Shown here one piece after another: positions 39,001 to 52,369 of a stretch of DNA of 64,000 bases. The stretch is taken from positions 1,150,185 to 1,214,184 of the forward strand of contig NW_004797440.1 of NCBI RefSeq assembly GCF_000002075.1, written 5' to 3'. The notes below the pieces were generated by a model that saw only the letters and a program-made list of their open reading frames with translations, was not told the DNA's origin and made no database searches. Numbering within the stretch: the first letter of the stretch is position 1; every line of letters begins with the position of its first letter. The stretch is from Aplysia californica. Taxonomy: Eukaryota. The translations under genes and the position numbers were made by a program.

Positions 39001-42000
39001 TAAAACCACAGAGAAAAACATACATGCTTTTAAAGAGAGAGGAAAGGTAAATTGAGCATGGCTGTTACATTTATTTTTTTTGCATGGACTATCATTTTTA
39101 AAGCATAAACTTCCAAATAATAAATAATAAAGCCCCAAAAACACTCACACAAGTACAAAATAAACTTTCCAATGTAAGTCACTATTACCCTCTCAAATTA
39201 ATTCTTTTGACGTACATGAGAAATTTCCATGAACGCCTAGCTATAATGTGGGGCACGAGGGAGGTTTTTTAATTTTATTTTGGGATGGGGTGAGGAGGCA
39301 GGGAGTGTAATAGTAGTAGTAGTAGTAGTATGCAATGCAAGGAGTCACTCCATCCATCCGTCAACCCGCTCGAATGTATGGACTCTACGTCCGCCAGACC
39401 GCTCACTCACTGAACTAACTGTTGTCCTTACTTCCAATGTGTTGCGAGTAGAAAATGAATCTCTACAAGCGGACGGCTCGTTATCTGTCCATTCGTTTGT
39501 GAGTAGTACCAGCAAACCGTTCGCTACTCATGGAAGCTGATGTAGTGAGTCTGACCCAATTCTACCAAATATAGTAGGAATTTTTTAAGACAGCCACCAA
39601 TTGTTGAGGAGAACAGTGGTTGTCTTCGGTGGACATCTTGGACAATGTCATTACAATGTTAAAAAAAAAAAAGAGCAAAGGGGGGAAACGGGAAATGGCC
39701 ATTTATACAGATGACTGTCTTATACAAGCGGCCATTAGAGCTGCTTTAACTGAATGTACTACAACCATAAAACATGATTATGACTTGTGATTATGCCATT
39801 TTCTTTGATTTTGCTTTTTTCTGTTCTTATGGGAACTGTATGCCATAAGTGTCAAAAACCAGACTTGCCATCATAATTGTGTGTCACAGTACCTGCTAGA
39901 GAGCCAGATTTTATGGTGTAATTTCTCTGCATGTCATCAAATTCTGCAGGCACAGACATCACCACTCTTTTCACACGCGCGGACAAATTTCTCTCAGCAG
40001 CTCTGGCAAGTTCGCTGATAATGTAATACCCCACTTCTTCTGGTGCAACTGCATTCTGCGTGCCATTCACCTCAATCAAAAAGGTCACCATTCCCAAAGG
40101 ATCAGCCTGCAACTGTGGAAAAATTTGCTTTTTTTCTGAAAGTGAGCAACATATGGTCTCCATGATAATCGCCACATTAAACACAGAATTTGGAGGGAAA
40201 AAAATTATAACACTGAAAAGGAGGAGCTGATAACATCAAGCATCCACCAATCTCCATCATTCTCAAGACAACAAAGTATGCAGTTGTTTTTTTCTTTTAG
40301 TTTTAGTAAGCTGTTTATGGCATTTGCAATACAAATAGGTCATATATAAATGTCAAAGATTAGAAATGTTAATGGTATTAATGGTATATGTTTAACGCCC
40401 CTATCAACACTATTACTTTGAAGGGTTACAACAGAGTAACAAACAGAAAAGGAAGAGATATAAGGGGGATAGATGTTGGAGAGGAAAGAAGGAGAAAACC
40501 AGACCAAAGCACCTGCTTACCCCCCACCATCTGCAACTGTAATGGCCAAGCCTGAAGTCAGCGCCATGCATGATGGATTGTGCAACTAAAATGGTTTCCC
40601 TTACCTCCTTGAACACCTGCTGATTTTCAGGTTAACTCCACCCTCACCACAATAACAAAATGCAGATTAAGAGAACCTAAGAAGCTGTTGGACAAAAGTC
40701 CATGCTATGTAAAGAAATGACTTGTCTATTATTCCAGAGATTTATAGAAATATGAGGTCCAAGAGTATACCCCCCCTCCCCACCCCAATAACAGTTCAAA
40801 TAAAAATTCAAACAGTCCAATTTATAGTTCGAAAAACTTAACAGGACATTTACCTTAAAGGCATATTGCTTTTGGGCTTCTTTTAGCTCTTCATCAGTAA
40901 ACTTTTTGCCAATGAACCTTTTAGCATCATAAAGGGTGTTGAAGGGGTTATGCTCAGCCTGAGCCACTGCTTTATAACCAACTAACACTCCGTCTTCACT
41001 GAAGAAGAAAAAACAAAAGACATCAATATTCAGGATTTTGAATTACATATAATTTTTATGAGTACATTCGAAATTGTCTAAGACAGCTACACATTTTCAA
41101 GGAGAAAAGAGGTTGTCTTAGACAGGTGGACATCTTGCACAATGTCATTATAATGAATAAAAAATGCAAGAGGGGGAAACGGGAAGTGGACGTTTGAACA
41201 GGTGATTGACTTACGTAGAGGGCCGTTAGAGCAGGTTCGACTGTATATAAGACATGGCTTTGTTAGACAGGAAGAAGGAAAAATGACTACAAGGAAATGT
41301 GGGCTTGAAAGCCCCCCAAAAATTACATTCACAGACACTAAATAAAAATCAAAATTATATTATGGAAAAAGAGGTGACTGGTAGAAAAAACATTTCCTTT
41401 ATCCACAAAGTATGAATAGCTGGTCTATGATAAAAAGTTAACTTTGTGTTGAGGTTCAAAGGAGTCTTTTGAATTACATTTGGACATGGATAACTCAAAC
41501 ACGCCAGGGAATGACAAATTTGTTCAACACATCCATACTTCGGGTTAACCGATTACGGAAAATTGCAAAGATACCAGATGGGGAATGGCAAATTGTACGA
41601 GCTATTCGTGATTTCCAGTTCTTGTGTTTGTGTTATAATTATTTGTGTCTGATTCCACTTTGAAACTCAAAGTTGAGGGAGAAGTTGAAAACCAAAACTA
41701 TGTTTTTGTTTACGCTTCATTGCTACTAGGCCTACAGTTTACTGCTGCACTCTCTCTGATCAATAGTTCTCAACTGAAGCGAACATTACGGCTTCTTAAA
41801 AAGGAAAAGCAAAGCTCACTCAAGAGCAAGCTATTGATGAGATCAAAAATTACTTTCCTTCAGCTGTAGATAGTAAGCTAGTCGTGCAGGGGAAAAGTTT
41901 AAATGTTGTGGAGAAAAAGTTGGGTTTTTTTCATTTTGGGCCCACCATTCGTAATACCATGCCATATTAAATCATAAGGCAAGTGGCATCTTTGACCCAG

Positions 42001-45000
42001 TTTAAAAGAGCCGGAATACATATGAGGTGTGCTGAAAAAATGAGTTGCTACATAAACTTTATAAGTGGAGTTTGCACAATTTGTAAGTGTGAAATAATAA
42101 AAGGCATGGTAGACTTGAAGAAAGTGACATTAATAGAAACTCTATAAATGTGACCCCAGTGTCAATTTTCAGCCGATATCTCCATTCGTGGAGGGCAAAA
42201 GTATCTCATTTTGTCAGTACGCCTCACATATTTTATCATCTCATCAATGCTTGATAAGATTTTATATTCTTTTACTTCCATCTCTCTCTATATATGTCAC
42301 AACATTTTTACCAACTACATCATAATCTGGGACAGGATTACAATTTTTGGTTCGCATAGAGCATTTTTATATCACTTTTATCCGACAAGTAGACACATTT
42401 TTTTTCACATTTCCAGTAACTAACCATAAATCATGTGTCATATGTGGCTCTTTTTTTAGCCATTAACATTTACCCTGACATGTTATTTGAAAGTAATTCA
42501 CTATATTAATGTGAGGAATCATGGTGAAATCAGGCACTCGTCAAATAATGTAATAAAAGAAACAGGCATTTTCCCACCAGTACGGCAATTTCTGTCAAAT
42601 TTTTGGTTTTTGGCCTAACATATTTTATGTCAATTTAGAAACACAGTTCTCTTTGGATTATTACGGAAAAACATTGATTAAAGACACAAGAAAATATGAA
42701 TTTTCAGCTTCCAAGGACTCTCAAGCTATGGAAGTCAACAAACTTCGGTGGCCATTTTCTCCCTAATTTTACCTCTGAAACCAGACGCCCCCCATCCTTT
42801 TCAATCGTAAATATCGCGACTTATCCAAAATAGACGGGTATTTTTTTTCATCCAAAGCAAGACAAATGAACAAGCTGATACTAGTAGATCTAACTCCACA
42901 TGCCCCAAAATTGATGAAACGCCTGATTCCACAACGTTGTGACAGCAATGTTTTGAATCTGTTTATACTAGATCTATCCATGATCTCTGACATTACTCAC
43001 GTGAACGCAACTACACTGGGTATACACTTATGCCCATCTTGTGTCTCCAGAATGGTCACATTACCACTCACAGCATGGTACATTCCAATACATGAGTATG
43101 TTGTGCCTGAAAAACAACATGTCAGAGTAAAATGATTTCACATTTCACAACAAAATGCACAAGTTCTGAGAAAGCAACGAAAACTCTGGGACAATTTTGA
43201 TACAGTACTCAGTATGTCAACAGAATACCAATTTATGAACCTACACCAGACCAGCTTTTTTCCTCTGTCTGGCTTGGTAAAAATGTAATTCTGTGTCAAA
43301 GACTAACAACTAGTTTTTAACTCTCAGAGGCAGAATGGAAGAAATACTATTTTAAAAAAGTACCAAAAGTGTATAATGTTAATTACTCTCTTTTGCAGTA
43401 TCCTATGAATAAGACTTTACCTTATTTCTGTTCTCTTCTCTTAAACAGGTTCTTATATACCTCATAATGAAAACACTGGAGTTAATCCTTGATTTAACAT
43501 ACCTAAATCAATGCCAACAACTTTTGGTGGTGGTGGGGGTAAGTATTTCTGTGCAAAATATCCAGCGAGTAGTAGTGCAAGAATACTTGTGCCTGAAAAA
43601 ATGAGACGTAAAAATCCTTGATGATGAGCATGACAAAACAATAAATCAACAAATTAATACTTTATTTAAGTAATCAATTTGTAAGGTAGTGGGGTAGCGA
43701 CACAAGCACATATAATTCTTTGCATTAAAAAAAGGATGCAATGAAACCCTTGTTTTTATTTCAACTCTGGAGTCCACTAATATCATTCAGTGTGAAGTGT
43801 GCTAAGGCAGAAAACATTTCTTGTGTTGACACCATATTCTCTGTGAAATCAGTTATTATATCTTCATCTCCCTTGGCCTATGCATTGTCTTGAGTTTTTT
43901 ACATTTGTGAGCAAATATGATGTTGCCAGACGGTCCCAGTCTACTGGATTGTTGTTACATGTGTCAACCTCTTGATCCATATCAGGAAGTCTGGAAAATG
44001 GCACTCCGATAATGGCACTGCTTAGCTTGTCAAGCCTTTCTGATACTTCTTCTGGTATACTGATGCATGACAATCCAATCTTTTGATGACTTCTTTCCCT
44101 GTAATTGTAGCCTTCAATAAGTGAACCTAATCATTCTCTCCAGGATGAAACAACATTACCGTCTCTATTTCCTGATTTTCCACAGATTTTACCTATTATG
44201 CTAAGCTGTTGCATTGGGTGAAAGACAACATTCAACCATAAGAGTTGAAAACAATCTTGATTCAAGGTGCCTTGCTAATTTTAGTCTGTTCTCCTTAAGG
44301 ATAGGTCCCGTTTAGTTTATTCTTTTTCTTGTTGCATCCAGAAACGATTAGAAGAGGAGATTGTAGATTGGTTTATTGCCTGTGGCCCTTCGCATTTATG
44401 TCATTTGGTAAGAGGTGCTGATGATTTATACTCGCAATCAATACTGCTTTATCTTTCAGCATGCCGGGAATGTGCATTTATCCTGACTATAAATCAATCT
44501 ACAAAATGGCTCTCACTAGATTTCTTCCATTGTCCGGTTTCATAATATGTATTTGTTCTTGTAGAGTAAGGATTTTAATTCTCTTTATGCCAGTAGACAT
44601 GGTTTCTCAACTCAGCAGCAACAGCACATGTAGTGAAATGTGAGTCACAGTGCTTGTGTTTTATACTTCTCATCCAAAGTCTATCCTATCTTTACATCTC
44701 TGATGGCTTCAGTTTAGTTTGTGCTACAATTTTTCTTGCCTGTCATGTTTTAAGGATGGTGCACTGTCATGATTTACAATTCTGTATTAACGCCATCATT
44801 TTTGTTTGGTTTTAGTAAGGTCATACAGCACTAGCAACTGCATAAGGTCATATGAGCGCCAAGGGTTGGGGATCTCAACAGAGAAGCCCAAACTGGGAAT
44901 CAGACTTACTCTGCTCACTTCTCTAGCCTCAACAGCACAAAGTCTGCTTCGACTATCAAGGCATGCCTGAAATAGCAGTTCACAAGAGAGTGACAAACAT

Positions 45001-47908
45001 ACCAAAGAAGTATAGAGGAAAATGAGGATAGTAGGGATGAGGAAAGAAAAGGCAGAAGTTCCTCCTATGTTGTTCTGGCACAGCATGAGCATGACATTGA
45101 TAAATCGGCTCATTTACAATTTGAATGTTCATGAGAATATAGGTGGCCAAAAGCAAAACAATAACTAGATCTAAATCTAGATCTATTATATCTATATCTA
45201 GAAGTCTTGATCTATAAGCATAGTAATGTAAGCATAGACCTACACATGAATATATATTCCCATGTTTTTTGGGAAGCCTAATTAATTAATTATTTTTTTG
45301 TGGCTGTACACTAGAAGAATCTAGACTAGATACAGATCTAGATATCCAGATCTAGATCTAGATGTAGAATCTGAATCTAGATTCTAGATCTATAGTCTGC
45401 TAAAATTTAATGCATAGATCAGGTGAACCAAGCGCAGTAAATCAAAATCCATCTTGATCTGTGTCTCTAATGTTTACAATTACTGGTCTACTAACCAGTA
45501 CCACTTGGGTTGAACCAAGGAGTTTACAGTAATGGAGGATGCTCTGTGGGCGGCGCCGCACGCCTGATAGGAGCCCTCTCTCGCAGCGGAACTGTGGTCT
45601 ACCTGCGCTGCGCTCACGCAATGAAATCTAGATAAAGAAAGAAGGTTTTATTCCGAGATTAGGCAAGTCAATTAGTAAAAATGCCTTCCACCTGTGCTGT
45701 GTTTCAGTGTAAGAACCGATATGATGCTGCAGTGGACAGAATTTTTCACAGGTGTTGTTTTCCTTTTAAAAAAATCTGAATGAAAGTGTTTTTATGCCCC
45801 CAGTGACACAATTTAGATCATTAACATTTATAAGAGGCTGGCTCTGGCGCTACCTGCCAAGCCATAAATCACCAGCAGGTGACCTGCAATTTCCCGCATC
45901 AAGTCGGGGATTGACCAGGGTCAACTCGTGCACAGCGCTGTCCTATCTTGTCCTTATCAGAACGTGTTTCTTCCCCTAATTTCATGAGCCGTAAAATGAT
46001 GTTCACTCTACCCCTAGAATCTACTTCTTCACCAATTTCGCTTCGTCTACTTCTTCTTGGTATCTTGTGAAAGTTTCAACAGTTTTCATTGATTCGTTTG
46101 GGAATAATAACAGTTTTAAATTGTGAGTGTTAAGTGATCAGAAGCGCCGTTAATAATGTGATCTCTTCAAATTTAATTACAAATCATTCCAAAATGAAAC
46201 AATGGTGTTTATTTCTGTTCGCGTGGTGTGATAGCCATCAAATCATATTTTCTAATGATGTGAATTTTGTTTCTCCAGCACTTTGCAGTGACTGACAATC
46301 AGTTAGTGAATTGTGTTCCTAAGAAAAAATTGTTAAACTGCAATGGGTCACACATATGAGAGGCATAGAGAGTCTCTCAATGAACTTTGTCGAGTGTGTT
46401 GTCGTTTAAATTTAACTATCAAACAAAAAAAGTACAGAAAGCCCAGATTACATAAGACAAAGGCAGGAGACATTCTCTTGGTTTATGGGATTGATGTGAG
46501 GGACGAAAATGAACAGTTGTATTCCGCTAACATTTGAGTCAAGTGTTTTACAGCGATTTCAACAATCAAAAGGAGATAGGGTGTTACGTCACGTCAATTC
46601 ATGCCGCAAAAAAGTTGTTGACGCTAGTAGGAACATGTGGTGTGCGTTTGATGACAGCATAAATGTGAATTCCTTCTCCGTTTCGTCGGCACCGCTTGGG
46701 TGGCTGCATACAAAGATTCATTTCAAGCAAACATCGCAAAACACCCCAAGCATACCTCCCTCCATCCCCATGTATGCAAGGAACTAACAAACACAATTTG
46801 TACAGAAACAAGAAAATACTCCCGCGAAACTGCAAAAATTGAGGAAGCAAGTGGACTGGAAGCAATATTCAATCTTCTCAATGAAAGATTTAGCCATGTT
46901 TACACTGCAATATCACATCTCAAACCAGTTAAACAATTTTCACTTCCAGAAATCTTCATAGCAATCGACAATTACATGTCCACATTCAGATGCTATTTCC
47001 CCGCAAAGTTATCCTGTAGCAACACTGTATTCCACACATACAACAACACATATTTGCTCTCGTGCTTTTAGGAGAATAGGACACAGAAAGCAGCCACCAA
47101 GCGATCTCAAAACTGGAAGCTAGAGCACGAAGGATCCCAAACCAGATAGACATAACGAGTTTTATTTTTGTGTTGCATCTCCTGCAAATAGCTCCCTCAT
47201 TGCGTGCTGCTGGATATGTTTAGAAAAAAAAAATGCATAAATTTATACTTTTATTCTGTACATGTTCATTTTGTGAAAAGAAATCGGCGCTGTATATTGA
47301 AGATGCGTCAGTATATCATTATTCAGGAGGATACACATTCCATTGGATACAAAAAGTCATGAATGAAGGGAAGCGTTTTGGCTATTATGCTCATGACAAG
47401 TTCCATGTTCGTGCTGGAAACAAAAGTTTGAGTGAGTCAATAATTTCTAAACACATTTTCCTGTCTTACGTGGCAGTTTTGTAAATATTTATCTTTAGGC
47501 TTATAAGTTATTAGCCACTCAATATGTGTTTGTTGTTTAGACTAACTATAAATAGACATACATTTTAAGAGCATCTAACTCCAAAACGTGAGCAGCCATG
47601 GTATTGCTATTTCGTACCAATAAAGAGATTTAGTTGCTTTCTCTAAAGAACAAACTTGTGTTCACGTATGATATTTTTTGTTTGTGTAAGACGATAAAGC
47701 ATATGTTGAAAAATTATTTCACCGGCTACCAACGCAGGTAGCGGGAGGGCGGGTTAGTGACCTCTGGGTGACCGGCCCGCCGTGACCCGGCCACTCCATC
47801 GCCGAGCCAACTGAAAGAGCGCTGTTTGTACGCCGTGAAAGGGATACACTGTAACAACATCCCAGAAGAAAGACCAAGATACTTGATTTTTTTTAAATAT
47901 TCTTATTC

Positions 47909-47968
<60 letters not shown>

Positions 47969-50900
47969 ATATAGAGAATTAAAGTATATATTGCTTTCCA
48001 TTGTGTGTGTAAATTAGATGCTACGCGCAGCAGACCTTTATTTTGACGGGACAAAATCTAGAGTCTTTTTTTGTTTGTTTTTGTAAAGTGTTTTACGGCG
48101 CTCACAACTGCATAGGTCATATGAGCGTGCGGGACACACCTAATATTTTCAGTTGGTAGGAAATTTTGAATTTTGCCCGGGTGGCGGCCGAAGCCTACTC
48201 TTATCGATTTTAGACCACCAAGGGATCTTTAACGTGCGCAAATTGCACACGGGCCCTCCGAGATTTTTCGCCCTTGTCTGAGAAGGCTAGGTGTAGATCT
48301 TTCCTACCAGAAGATCAGGGGATGTGGCAGAAAGACAGCAGTAAGGAGGAGCCAAGGAGTAGCAGTAGAAAGGCTGCAGAAAGAGTCAGGAGCCCAGAGG
48401 AGGGGGCAAAGGAGGTGAGGGGGTGGGGGCAGAAAGTGGAAATGAAAGCAGACAACAGAACATTGCTAGAGAGCAGGAAAGGAGGTGAAAGGAGACAATT
48501 TTAGAGAAGAAAAGTTTTCGGTCGCTACCCAGATTCGAACCCGGGACCTTTGAATGAGAGGCCAACACCTTAACCTCTAAGCCACGAGAACCCCCATCTA
48601 GAGTCTAGGTTTCTACATGTACCTTGTTTTCAAGATATATTTACTAATCATATAACACACCTTAGCGTACTGAGTTCAATCAGTCAGTCAGACTTGTTTT
48701 ATGTTTTTAGGCCCATTCATCTCCTAATTACTATAAGACTACAGTTGTCTAAATGTAGATATCAAGAGGCTCTATTAAAATATGAAATCAATACCCAACA
48801 ACAATAATGATGAATACCTTCTATGTTAAAGAAACACCAAACCATATCAGATGAGGGGAGGTGGTAGGGTGGGTTGATAAGAGTTTTAGTCTTGTTTGAT
48901 AGAACTATACTCGGTTAAGATCTAAATCTATAATTGTTGCAGTCTTCATCTAAGACCCCACAATTAAGATTTTGCTGTTAAAAAATAAACAAAACAAAGC
49001 AACAATAAATTTTACTGCACTAGTCATCCCTAAAAGATGAATTATCCCCCTCTGAAGTGTGAAGGGACTAAAAATGCTGCTTTCCCTATCGTACTTAACT
49101 GAACAAAAAAAAACCTTCAAAGGTCATCCATGCTCAAGCATGGGATCACATCTCTACTACTCTTAATCTCGATGAGAGGTACACATTTGCTCCTGACGCA
49201 GGGATTTTACGACAATAGAATCACGCCCAGGTGTGAGCTCCCCATCGACACCTTCGATTTTGCCGAACATTGAACTCGCAATAAGAGCCTATCGTCTGAG
49301 CTTACACAACTTACAGCAAAGGCATGTTTCGGTAGGTAGAGCCAACAAGGTCCCTATCTTAAATTCAGTTTTATAAAATACATTTTTCACCATTTCTTAT
49401 TATAATTAAATCTTTTAGCATCATGAAAAATTATCTTTATAATTTGGTATGTTTGATAATTTTATGATACTTGGATAAGTTTTCTTATTATTTTGCCGAT
49501 CTTCTTAATTTTTAAACTAGAATCTAGCTATATAACATAAAGCTCTTAAATAATTGAACAGTCCTTAGGCTTTCTCAGTTGCCTAGAAAACACAGAATTT
49601 AATTTTTTTTCTCCCTGTCATTCTATCCGTCATCCCATCAGTTGATCTCAATCTCTCTCTCTCTCTTTTATTTAATTTTTCCGATCCTCCTTCGTCCCTT
49701 CCCAAGGCCCGCCCCTCTTCTTTCATCCCATCTTCCTTGCGTGCATTTCCCCACCCCGCCCTCCCCCACAACGTGGCCCAGCCCGATAAGATTCTATAAA
49801 AAGAAACACCGCAGTTCGTGATTTAGACCACAGTCGGCGGCCATATATATATTCGCTCCCCACCGCTCGGCAAGCCGCTCGTGGCACTGCAAAGACTGCC
49901 AAAGAGAGAGAGGAGGCTCCATTAGTTTTAGGGAGTGTATACGGACCCGGTAACCGGGAACAAAGTCACAAAGTATACAGACCCGGTAGGGGAACTCTTT
50001 TGTGATTTCGGAGAGTTTCAGCGCCTTCTTGGCTCAGGGTAGACCTAGGTTCTTCTAAATCTATGGTCTAGATCTAGATCTAAGCAGACAGACATAAATC
50101 TTTCCTCTAGTTTCGCGGCTAACCTAGATCTAAATGAAGATTGCGGATGTCTTTTCGATTAACGATGGTTTTTCCTCCGTTTTGGAGTTGGAGGAATCAC
50201 AATTTGAAGAAAAGAACAAGTTACAATGTCATAATTTCAATCGAGCAGTCCCCCCCTCTCCCCACCCTCTCTTTCTCTCCTCTGTGTACCGCTCGCCTTC
50301 TCTTTTTCTTTGTTTGTCTCTGTATTTCTTTGTCCCCACCTATTTCCCACTCTATCTAGAGTACATCCTGTGGTGCGATATACAGTAAGCGATCTTTTGT
50401 GGATATCTCTGGAAGTTACAGGTCGATCTTCATGATTTTTTCACCAGAAGTTAGAAAAACTTCCTCTCTATACGGTGTAGCACATTTCTGTAACAGCAGT
50501 TTAAAATTTCTATATGTTGTGGTGGTGTTTGTTTGGTAACGTGTGTCTGGTTTGGTGCGCAAGGTTTCTGGTTTGGTGCAACATATCGTCTTGTTTGGTG
50601 CGCAATAGTACCATGTTTACAGCTCTAGATCTAGATCTAGCTCTTTTCTGACACTTTTCATCTTTCTCTATCCTTGCTTTGTCTTCTTTTCCTTGCAAGA
50701 AGTTCCTGTACTGACCATAATGGAAGGCCAAGGTCAATTAGGCGTATTCTTTTTGGGAGCTGTGCGCCCCCTGACAGGAGATTTCCTTACACCGTGTGTA
50801 TGTGTTTTGATAATGGATAAAAAGAAAGGTGCTGTGGACACAAGAAGGGGAAAGAAGAAAACAAGAATAAGACTATACCTAGACTAGTATTTTAGAAGGA

Positions 50901-52287
50901 AAAGGACAAAAAAGAAGAAGAAAAAGACGTGAAAAGAAGAAATTGAAAAAGAAAGGTGCTGTGGACACAAGGAAGTGAAAGAAGAAAACAAGAATTAGAC
51001 TATACCTAGACTAGTATTCTTTAAGGAAAAGGGCAAAAAAGAAGAAGAAAAAGACATGAAAAGAAGAAATTGAACATTTTGGAGATTATATTTCCATATT
51101 AATTAATTTTGACATGAATACATTAACTTACCATCTTCCAATGGCAATATAATGCATCCAAATGGAAGGAAAACAGTCTGTTTCAGTGCACAATGCAGGT
51201 CATAGAGAAATAACTTAATAAGTAAAACAAACAAAGGGCCTAGAAGCCACACTATCAATGCCAAATAGCAAAAAAGCCGATATTGCGCACGAAACGGACT
51301 GCCCAAATTTGGTCCGCTTCAGTGCGCAACCCTATCTAACACGTTCCTGGGCATTAAGAACAATGATAATACATTATGTACTATCATTGTTAAGAAGCAG
51401 CCTGCGATAGTATTTATCGATTCTAGTATACATTCTACGATACAGTAGAGCTAGATTAGCTAGATGTGCTAAATAATCGACTACTCAAGCGCTTAGTAAA
51501 TTGATCGATACCGGTTACGAAAACCATTAATATCAATGATAGTAAATAACAAGATGGGCCACTTCTCTCTTTGAGCCAATTAAAAAAGTGTCCTCAAAAT
51601 TTGGTGGCGCCCTCTTCACAAAAGCGCACTCTTTGCGAACAGAGTTACCCTACTTGAGTTTTACAAAATCAAAGTGAAACTAGCAAGTTTTGGGATAAAT
51701 TTCGGAAGAAGGCTTTTGTAAAATGGTTACGCTGACAAAAAAAAAACTCTTCCGGAGGAAAGGGTGATGGTTTTCTTTGTTTAATTTGACTTTACAATGA
51801 AAGGCGAGAGGTCAATAAAATAAAAAAAAACTAAAACTCCGCACTGAACGTACTCAAACTACTGATGAACAGCAGTCGATCTGCGCACGCAAGGAGGTGC
51901 TATTCCTATTCTTCTTCTGGAAAAACGAAAGAGAGCTTCAAAACAGACTGCAGCGCCATCTGAAGCAAAGAGCATACTTCCTGCGGACACTTTTTAGGCT
52001 GAGTGGCCCATCTTGTCTTGTACTATCTTTGTTAATATGAAGGGGCAAAACTTTCCGACACCGTAGAATCACGTGTGTTGACAGGAACCTCCAAAACGAA
52101 AGTGAAATAAGCTGCATTCTGCGCATGCTCACAGAAAATGACCTCGTTTTCGCTGTTCTTATCCAAAACAAAGCAGGAGACCGGGGGTTGCGCACCAAAA
52201 CAGTAGCGCGGTGATGCGGGCCTACTCTAGTATCTTTCTCTCGTTCCCTCCTGCCAACTGGGGCATGTCATTTACATTTTGCTAGCA

Positions 52288-52369
<82 letters not shown>

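Noticed and set aside
46343-47837. Intact ProtoRAG / RAG1-RAG2 locus
   Set aside because: Only the N-terminal zinc module is present, with a stop and a frameshift. No catalytic core, RAG2-like ORF or paired TIRs were seen.
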